From: an uncultured Holophaga sp.
GTDB taxonomy: Bacteria; Acidobacteriota; Holophagae; Holophagales; Holophagaceae
Reading direction: 5' to 3'
DNA: 64,000 nt
NCBI GenBank assembly: GCA_963664825.1
Contig: OY761614.1
Location: 2,784,001 to 2,848,000 of the forward strand
Part shown: piece by piece, positions 57,387 through 64,000 of the stretch
Numbering within the stretch: the first letter of the stretch is position 1
How the letters are laid out: the number at the start of each line of letters is the position of its first letter
The notes under the pieces: generated by a model
Databases searched by the model: none
Seen by the model: only the letters and a program-made list of their open reading frames with translations
Told to the model about the DNA's origin: nothing
Translations under genes and position numbers: made by a program

Positions 57387-59816
57387 AACTTTGAAGGGCT
57401 TCTGCAGGAAGCCCTGGGCCCCCTGGTCCAGGACGTACTGGGCCTCTCCCTCGAGGGCGAAGCCTGTGGCGACCAGGACCTTCACGGCCGGGTTGATCCC
57501 CTTCATGGCCAGGAAGGTGTCCTTCCCGGAGAGCTTCGGCATGATCATGTCGAGAATGACCAGATCCAATTCCCACCAGTGCTCCCGGTAGAAGGCCAGG
57601 GCCTCCTCTCCGTCGGGGCAGTGATGGGCTGAAAAACCCATCCTCCGGAGCATTTCCAGGAGCACTTCGGCGACCATCGGTTCGTCCTCCGCCACCAACA
57701 GGCGGGCGCTGGGGATGGCGGGAAGGAGGAGGTCGTTATCCTCGACGGGCTCCTTGCTTCGGGAGCTCAGGGGCAGGTAGATCTCGAAGCGGGTCCCCCG
57801 ACCAAGTTCGCTGGTCACCTGGATGGCCCCCCTGTGCTGCTTGATGGTCCCGTACACCGAGGCGAGTCCGAGTCCCGTGCCCTGGCCCAAGGCCTTGGTG
57901 GTGAAGAAGGGCTCGAAGATGTGCTGGCGGGTCTCCTCGTCCATGCCAGAACCGTTGTCCTGGATGCTCAGGAAAAGGAAGGTGCCGGGTGCCAAATCGA
58001 GGAGCGCGTGGGCCTCCAGGACCCGGAGCTCCGTGCAAAAACTGAGAATTCCCCCCTGGGGCATGGCGTCCCGGGCATTGAGGGCCAAATTCATCAGGGC
58101 GTTCTCCAGCATGGCGGGATCCCCCAGCAGGGTGGAGGAGGCCGCGTTCAGCTGAAGGCGGATCTCGATGCGCTTATCGAAGCTGTGGCCCACCAGGTCG
58201 GCCACTTCCCCCAGGAGTTCGTGGAGGTCCACGGGGACCGAGAGGTACTTGCCCTTCCGGGCGAAGGCTAGGAGCTGCCGAGTCAGATCCGCAGACCGGG
58301 AACAGGCCTTGGAAATCGTGTCTGCATAGTCCCGGAGGCGGGGGTCCTCGAGCTGGAGGCTGAGGAGTTCCGCGCAACCCAGGATGGCGGCGAGCTGGTT
58401 ATTGAAGTCATGGGCCACCCCGCCCGCAAGCTGTCCGATGGCCTCCAGTTTCTCCCCTTGGCGGAGGCGCTCCTGGAGCTCCTCCCGCTCGGCTTCAGCC
58501 TTTCGCAGTTCGGCGATATTTCGAACCGAAGAAACCACCCGTTGATGGCCCCCGATCATGCAAGCCCGGAGCGTCACCTCCCCGAGGAACATTGCTCCGT
58601 CGCTGCGGCGGCACTGCCATTCGAAGATTTGCGGTCCCTCCTCGAGAGCCCGACGCACGTGGGCCATGGCTTCAACCTGAGAATAGGGAGCCGTCGCCGA
58701 ACTCAGGTCCCCCAGGGAGAGCTTCAATGCGGTGTCGCGCTGGTAGTCGTACATGGCGCACATGGTCTGGTTCACATCCAGGATCTGCCCGCCCGGGTCC
58801 AGGATGAAAAGAGCGTCGCTGGTGGTATTGAAAATATCGCGGTAGTCCTGCTCCCGCTCCGCCAGGGAGGCCTCAGCCTTCTTTCGTTCCGCCAGTTCCC
58901 GGAGGAGAGCCAGGGTCCGCTTGCGCACCTGGCCCCGGAGGGACCAGGACCAGGCGATCACTCCGAGGAGTAGCGTGCCGATGGGCACCAGGATCACCAG
59001 GGCGCGCCTCATTACCTGGCGGAACGTGAGTTCCTGCGCCTCGATCACCGCGAAGTGCCGGTCATAGATCTCGCGGAACCGGCCGGATTCCTTGAATACG
59101 AAGATGGCCTCGTTGAGCTTGCCCAGGGTCTCTTCCTCTCCCTTGTGCAGAGCGAAACAGTATTTCAGCGTCGGGAAGTTCACATCGAGGCGTTGGAGGT
59201 TCTGGATCCTGTCCCGGTGGAGGATGTAGAGGGCGACGCCCTTATTGAGGAGCGCGCAATCGCCCTTGCCGGAGGCCAGCTCCCGGAGGGCATCCTCCGG
59301 CGTGGGGAGGCCCACCACGGGGTATTGCATGGAAACGAGGTGATCGAAGTAGGTATCGCCCTTCTGGGCCAGGATGATCCGGTGGGCCAGATCGGCTTCC
59401 GAATGGAGGCTGGGCCCACCCTTGCGGATGAAGAGGCTCCAGCTGATCTGGGTGAGAGGTACCGAAAAGAGGTAGCGCCCGGCGCGTTCCTCGGTGAAGG
59501 CCCATCCGGAGAGCATATCGATGCGCCCGGATTCGAAGTCCTCGCGGACCTTCTTGAAGGGGCCCGTGCGTATTTCGATGGGCAGCCCAACTTCCTGGGC
59601 GAGCGCCTGGATCAGCTCGACGTTGAAACCGGCGGGGCGCCCCTGGATGTCCTGGTACTCGTACGGGGGATAGTCGGCATCACAGCCCACGATCAGGGGC
59701 CGGGGTGGCTCTGCCTGCAAGGGCAACAGGCCGATCAGGGCACAGAACACGGCCTCCAGCAGGCGGGCGAAGGCGCTTTTCCCCTCTGCGCGTGCCGGGT
59801 GATGGATGAGGCTCAT
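57336..59816 (-). CDS. Hybrid sensor histidine kinase (periplasmic binding domain, PAS, HisKA/HATPase, receiver)
   Basis: DYPPYE, AHDFNN, NARDAM, DNGSGM, GTGLGL and LDMIMP motifs. Confidence 0.93.
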   Translation of the reverse strand: MSLIHHPARAEGKSAFARLLEAVFCALIGLLPLQAEPPRPLIVGCDADYPPYEYQDIQGRPAGFNVELIQALAQEVGLPIEIRTGPFKKVREDFESGRIDMLSGWAFTEERAGRYLFSVPLTQISWSLFIRKGGPSLHSEADLAHRIILAQKGDTYFDHLVSMQYPVVGLPTPEDALRELASGKGDCALLNKGVALYILHRDRIQNLQRLDVNFPTLKYCFALHKGEEETLGKLNEAIFVFKESGRFREIYDRHFAVIEAQELTFRQVMRRALVILVPIGTLLLGVIAWSWSLRGQVRKRTLALLRELAERKKAEASLAEREQDYRDIFNTTSDALFILDPGGQILDVNQTMCAMYDYQRDTALKLSLGDLSSATAPYSQVEAMAHVRRALEEGPQIFEWQCRRSDGAMFLGEVTLRACMIGGHQRVVSSVRNIAELRKAEAEREELQERLRQGEKLEAIGQLAGGVAHDFNNQLAAILGCAELLSLQLEDPRLRDYADTISKACSRSADLTRQLLAFARKGKYLSVPVDLHELLGEVADLVGHSFDKRIEIRLQLNAASSTLLGDPAMLENALMNLALNARDAMPQGGILSFCTELRVLEAHALLDLAPGTFLFLSIQDNGSGMDEETRQHIFEPFFTTKALGQGTGLGLASVYGTIKQHRGAIQVTSELGRGTRFEIYLPLSSRSKEPVEDNDLLLPAIPSARLLVAEDEPMVAEVLLEMLRRMGFSAHHCPDGEEALAFYREHWWELDLVILDMIMPKLSGKDTFLAMKGINPAVKVLVATGFALEGEAQYVLDQGAQGFLQKPFKVSELAKQIHSALGDGEA

Positions 59817-59924
59817 GCTCCCTCGGGAGTGGGATGACTTCGTTGCAGGGGTGCTGGCGCGGATTGGAGATGGATATAGGCAACCATCCTAATGCACCCG
59901 GCTGGGAAATGAGCATGCCCTGTG

Positions 59925-60488
59925 TCAGACCCCAGCGGCGTAGGCGTCGATGCGCCGACTGTAGCTCCCGATGGTGTCTTCGAAGCGCTGCACAACGCGG
60001 ATCGTTTCATCCAGGACGAAGAGGGCCTGGGTGGCCTGGGCCCGGCTTTGGGGGTTGGGGAAGGCCCCATCCTCGGCCAGGTTCTGGACGAGATGCTCCC
60101 GGCGCTCCGCCATCTTGATGCGCATGAGCTCCCACCACTGGCCGAAACGGCGGACCCGGCGCCCAGCCTTGAGGAAGAAGTCGCGGTCTCTGGGTTCGTG
60201 ATCGATTTGGCTCTCGAGATTCTCCATCATCTCCCGCAGGCTGGCCTCGAAGGCGAAGCCCATGGGGGTGCCGCTATCCAGCACCTCGGCGCCGAAGCAG
60301 GCTCGCAGTTCCTCGAAATCCGGGCGCCGGGTGAAGGCTTCGGCCGCCTCACGGTGCGCCTCCAGCACCTCTGCATCCATTCGTCGCACCAGGGCCCGCA
60401 CCTCTTCGATGGCGGCGGGATTCCTCCTATCGCACGCCGATCCTGCTCCCAGCAGGATTCCCGCCACCATCAGAGTCAGGGTCTTCAT
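59925..60488 (-). CDS. Putative lipoprotein
   Basis: MKTLTLMVAGILLGAGSAC signal. Confidence 0.6.
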   Translation of the reverse strand: MKTLTLMVAGILLGAGSACDRRNPAAIEEVRALVRRMDAEVLEAHREAAEAFTRRPDFEELRACFGAEVLDSGTPMGFAFEASLREMMENLESQIDHEPRDRDFFLKAGRRVRRFGQWWELMRIKMAERREHLVQNLAEDGAFPNPQSRAQATQALFVLDETIRVVQRFEDTIGSYSRRIDAYAAGV

Positions 60489-60684
60489 CGATTCACCTGC
60501 CGTGATCATAGGGCCTTCCGGGTGCGGGCCGGGGGAACAGATCGGGTCTCAAGAAAGGCTTTCCCCCGCGCGTCCCGCACCTGGCGCTCCAGGCGGACTC
60601 GCACGAGCCGGCCACGGCGCCCTGTGTGCGACCAGGGTGGGCGCCTGATAGGATGGGAATACGGAAATCCCCGCGGGAGTGTCC

Positions 60685-61971
60685 ATGAATCGATGGCTGC
60701 TAGGTCTGCTGCTCGCTTTCTCCCAGCTGCTTTGGGCCCAGGCGCCCCCGCAGGAGGTGGTGTTGAGCGCTTCCGGGGGCTCGAAACTGGGCATTGCGGT
60801 GCCCTCTCCCTCGCTTTCGGGGATTAGCGTGGACCGGGCCAATCGGGATTTCCACGAAGTGTTGGTGCGGGATCTCGAAGAGGCCGGGCCCTTTGCCGTG
60901 GTCAAGGATCGGCATCCCAAGGCTGGTGATGCCACCGGCCTGAAGGCCTGGATGGAAGCTGGCACCGATTGGCTGGTGAGCCTCAGGATCAGTCGCTCCC
61001 AGGCGGAGGATCTGGAAGTGGTGGCCCAGGTCACCGATATCAAGTCCTCCAAGGCCATTTTCACGAAAAATTATCGAGGGAAGGATGCCGCCCTGCGCCG
61101 CATCGCCCATTCCATCTCCGATGATCTCGTCGCCAGGCTCACCGGCGAGAAGGGCGTGGCCGGAACGCGGATCGTCTTCATCCGCCAGCTCTCGCCCCTG
61201 GTCAAGGAGGTCTTCCAGGTCGATCGCGATGGTTCCAATGTCGCGCAACTCACTCACCACCGGAGCCTGACGCTTTCTCCCACCGTGGCTGCCGATGGGC
61301 GTGTGGCCTACATGACCTACAAGAGCGGGCCGCCTGAACTGTGGGGACAGCGGCGACCGGGAGGGCCCTTCGAGCGGCTATTCCCCGCCAAGACCGGTCC
61401 CCAGGGCCCCTGCATGGCACCGGGGTGGTCGCCGGACGGCAAGCGCATCGTTTTCGTTCAGGGGGATAAGCGCGGCAACACCGATATCATGGTGCTCGAT
61501 GTGGCCTCGGGCCGTGCCCGGCGCATCACCGACAGCAACTGCATCAACACCGAGCCCAGCTGGAATCCCGCGGGAACGCAGATCGCCTTCACCTCGGATC
61601 GGGATGGGACTCCCCAGGTCTATCTCATGCAGGATGATGGCTCCAATGTGCGCCGCCTGACCGGGGAGGGCTCCTACAACGCCAGTCCTGCCTGGAGTCC
61701 TTCGGGGGCGATGATCGCCTACATCTCCCGCTTCGAGGGCAAGTTCGATCTCTTCGTCTACAAGCTGGGGGAAGGCAAGTCCTACCAGATCACCACGGGA
61801 GTGGCCAGCAGCGAATCCCCCGACTGGTCCCCGGATGAGCGCCGCTTGGTCTTTTCCAGCGGGAGTCGAGGGGGAATGCAGCTCTATACCACTGATCTTT
61901 CGGGCAACACGCTCCGCCGCCTGACGAATTTCGCAGGCTGCCAGAGCCCGAAATGGACCCGAGCGCGGTAA
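60685..61971 (+). CDS. tolB: Tol-Pal system beta-propeller protein
   Basis: Signal peptide, AHSISDDLV..LTGEKG, repeated P.WSPDG (PD40) units; upstream of pal. Confidence 0.9.
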   Translation: MNRWLLGLLLAFSQLLWAQAPPQEVVLSASGGSKLGIAVPSPSLSGISVDRANRDFHEVLVRDLEEAGPFAVVKDRHPKAGDATGLKAWMEAGTDWLVSLRISRSQAEDLEVVAQVTDIKSSKAIFTKNYRGKDAALRRIAHSISDDLVARLTGEKGVAGTRIVFIRQLSPLVKEVFQVDRDGSNVAQLTHHRSLTLSPTVAADGRVAYMTYKSGPPELWGQRRPGGPFERLFPAKTGPQGPCMAPGWSPDGKRIVFVQGDKRGNTDIMVLDVASGRARRITDSNCINTEPSWNPAGTQIAFTSDRDGTPQVYLMQDDGSNVRRLTGEGSYNASPAWSPSGAMIAYISRFEGKFDLFVYKLGEGKSYQITTGVASSESPDWSPDERRLVFSSGSRGGMQLYTTDLSGNTLRRLTNFAGCQSPKWTRAR

Positions 61972-62032
61972 AAAAATGCCTCTCCCTGCATCAGGGAGCG
62001 TTAAACTGATCTCATCCACGGAGGAATAACCC

Positions 62033-62758
62033 ATGCGATACGCTTCCTATCTCGTTCCTGCAACGGCACTGGTTGTCATTGGGACTGGTCTGGGCTGCAA
62101 GCCCCCCAAAACCCAGGAACAGATCCAGCAGGAAACCCAGGCTGCCTTCAACGAGGGCATGCAGGCGTTCAAGGATGGGAAGGCGCGCGACACCAATCCC
62201 TATGTGAACGACAAGGCCAATGCCCACAAGGCCCAGGGTTGGTTCAACGGCTGGGACAAGGCCAAGGCTGACAAGGCTGAAGCCGATCGCAAGGCTGCCG
62301 AGGACAAGGCCGCTGCCGATCGCAAGGCCGCTGAGGATGCCGCCCGTGAGAAGGCTGCGGCTGAAGCTGCCGACGCGGCTCGCAAGGCTGAGTCCGAGAA
62401 GATGGCTGCCTACAAGCACGCCGCCGAAGCCGCCCTCAAGGACATCAACTTCGCCCTGGACAAGTCCGCCATCCGCGAAACCGATAAGCCCAAGCTCCAG
62501 GCCATTGCTGATTTCCTCAAGGCCTTCCCCCAGGGCAAGCTGCAGGTCGAAGGCCACTGCGATGAGCGTGGCACCACCGAGTACAACCTAGCCCTGGGCG
62601 AGCGTCGCGCTCATGCCGCGAAGAGCTACCTCACGGGTCTGGGCGTGGCCGAGGATCGTCTCTCCACCATCAGCTACGGCAAGGAGCGTCCCAAGGTCGA
62701 GGGCAAGGACGAGGCGTCCTGGCTCATCAATCGCCGCTGCGAGTTCAAGATCCAGTAA
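62033..62758 (+). CDS. pal: Peptidoglycan-associated lipoprotein (OmpA domain) with an N-terminal extension
   Basis: Lipobox GLGC; EGHCDERGTTEYNLALGERRA, SYGKERP and NRR motifs. Confidence 0.92.
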   Translation: MRYASYLVPATALVVIGTGLGCKPPKTQEQIQQETQAAFNEGMQAFKDGKARDTNPYVNDKANAHKAQGWFNGWDKAKADKAEADRKAAEDKAAADRKAAEDAAREKAAAEAADAARKAESEKMAAYKHAAEAALKDINFALDKSAIRETDKPKLQAIADFLKAFPQGKLQVEGHCDERGTTEYNLALGERRAHAAKSYLTGLGVAEDRLSTISYGKERPKVEGKDEASWLINRRCEFKIQ

Positions 62759-62776
62759 GGTGTCAGTGGGATCATG

Positions 62777-62809
62777 AAAAAGAAGCGGAGGCCTGCCTCC
62801 GCTTTTTTT
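62777..62809 (+). terminator. Rho-independent terminator after pal
   Basis: AAGCGGAGGC-CT-GCCTCCGCTT followed by a T-run. Confidence 0.75.
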
Positions 62810-62838
62810 ATGAATTCGGATTCCTGTCAGGAGGTGTC

Positions 62839-63567
62839 ATGCGCGTTCAATCCGTTCTAAGGGCAGCGGCCCTTTCGGGCCTTGTCGTCACCGTGGGATG
62901 CAATACCGGCGAACAGATCCGGAAGGTCGAACTGGAAGTGGGAGACCTGAAGCTCGAAGTCTTCAAGCTGCGTCAGCAGATGGAAGATGCCAATAAGCGC
63001 GCCGAGGCCGACCACGTGACCTCCACCGAATCCCGCAACCTGGATCGCCGCTTCCAGGCCGATCTCCAGGAGACGCTGCGCCAGCTCCAGGACAGCACCC
63101 GCATCCTGAATAACCGCTTGAGCGATCCCGTGCGCGCCAGCCGCGCCTCCGGACGGGCAGCTGCGGAGCCCGTCGCCCAGGCGGCTCCCAGCGAGGACGA
63201 GAGGGCCTTTTCCGCCGCGCTTCTGGATTACAACCGGGGCAACTACCAGCTTGCCGGCGATAGCCTCGAACTCTTCCTCAAGAGCAGCCCCTCGAGCCCC
63301 AAGCGTCCGGAGGCCCTCTTCCTCCTGGGCCTCTCCTACTACAGTCAGAAGATCTACGACAAGGCTCAGAGCGCCTTCGACCACATTCTGAAGGAACATG
63401 CGAGTTCGACGCAGTTCCTTCCCGCCAAGCTCAAGCGCGCCCAGTCCCTCCTGAAGCTGGGCCTCAAACCTGCCGCCGTGAAGGGTTTCAAGGAAATCTC
63501 CGAGGGTTTCCCGGGCACGCCCGAAGCCCGCACCGCTCAGCAGGAACTGGCTGACCTGGGCTTCTAG
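62839..63567 (+). CDS. cpoB: Tol-Pal TPR protein (YbgF/CpoB-like)
   Basis: Coiled coil plus TPR repeats ending FPGTPEA; follows tolB-pal. Confidence 0.8.
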   Translation: MRVQSVLRAAALSGLVVTVGCNTGEQIRKVELEVGDLKLEVFKLRQQMEDANKRAEADHVTSTESRNLDRRFQADLQETLRQLQDSTRILNNRLSDPVRASRASGRAAAEPVAQAAPSEDERAFSAALLDYNRGNYQLAGDSLELFLKSSPSSPKRPEALFLLGLSYYSQKIYDKAQSAFDHILKEHASSTQFLPAKLKRAQSLLKLGLKPAAVKGFKEISEGFPGTPEARTAQQELADLGF

Positions 63568-63998
63568 GAACCGGAGCGCAGCCGTTTGAGGAGCCCCGCC
63601 AGCGGCGGGGCTTCGTCGTAGAGGGCCGGAGGGGTGCGGAGGAGCTCCTGGAGGCGCTGATCCCGGCGCCCCATGGGAAGGGTAGGGAGCACGCTCGCCT
63701 CGACCCAAAGCAGGCCCTTGGGCGCGGGGAAGGGGGCTTCCAATTCCAGGGCCAGGGGGTGGACATGCTCCCGGCGATGGGAATACACCTGGGTCCAGCC
63801 CGGCCAAGTGCGTGCCTCGGCGAGTCCGTAGGGGAAGGGCTCCTCCGCGGCCCCTTCCAAGGCGCGCTCCCAGGGCAGGGTGGGCCAGCGCCAGAGCCCG
63901 GCCAGCAGGCCGCGGGCGGCTGGGGGATGGAGGAGCCAGCTCCCCTGGGAGGCCGTGGCCAGCAGCCAGAGCTCCACATCCAAAGGGATGGCGCGGGG
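63564..63998 (-). CDS. mutY: C-terminal part of A/G-specific adenine glycosylase (runs off the right edge)
   Basis: GLLAGLWRWP and QVYSH NUDIX-like C-terminal domain; frame open to the window edge. Confidence 0.6.
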   Translation of the reverse strand, partial: PRAIPLDVELWLLATASQGSWLLHPPAARGLLAGLWRWPTLPWERALEGAAEEPFPYGLAEARTWPGWTQVYSHRREHVHPLALELEAPFPAPKGLLWVEASVLPTLPMGRRDQRLQELLRTPPALYDEAPPLAGLLKRLRSGS

Positions 63999-64000
63999 CT

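Noticed and set aside
14211..63807. Numerous long antisense or overlapping ORFs in the ORF track (e.g. 14211-15407, 27058-28650, 42906-44624, 48777-50006)
   Set aside because: Shadow frames of well-supported genes, expected in high-GC DNA; no recognisable motifs.

Overview
GC-rich bacterial chromosome segment; gene content and style suggest Acidobacteriota, class Holophagae (Geothrix/Holophaga-like), which is an inference only. From about 14.2 kb to 64 kb it is mostly housekeeping and envelope genes (phoH-like, tyrS, rlpA, ispD, lpxC, a propeller-GGDEF cyclase, a MacAB-type ABC exporter, ackA, feoAB, gmhB, sfsA, gcvTH, an MltD-like enzyme, tRNA-Ala, ABC-F, pgsA, queG, speA, arfB, purN, rnhB, a hybrid kinase, tolB-pal-cpoB, mutY). 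The accessory part is a 7.9-kb integrative, satellite-like element (6051-14011) inserted in the 3' end of tRNA-Thr(CGT) and bounded by a 49-bp direct repeat. It encodes a tyrosine integrase, an excisionase broken by a nonsense codon, ParB-like and phage-type replication proteins, and a Panacea (SocA/DUF4065) toxin-antitoxin pair. At its tRNA-proximal end it carries a cas-less type I-E-like CRISPR mini-array: three near-identical 29-nt repeats plus two degenerate ones at about 61-nt spacing. The last two spacers are near-perfect palindromes, and the array begins inside an HTH-encoding ORF surrounded by more palindromes. A second unexplained pattern occurs in the core genome: short hairpin-rich inserts at overlapping gene junctions (ABC permeases, rnhB, possibly pgsA), flanked by synonymously recoded duplicates of the junction and spanned by bridging mini-ORFs that keep stop/start overlaps at both ends.
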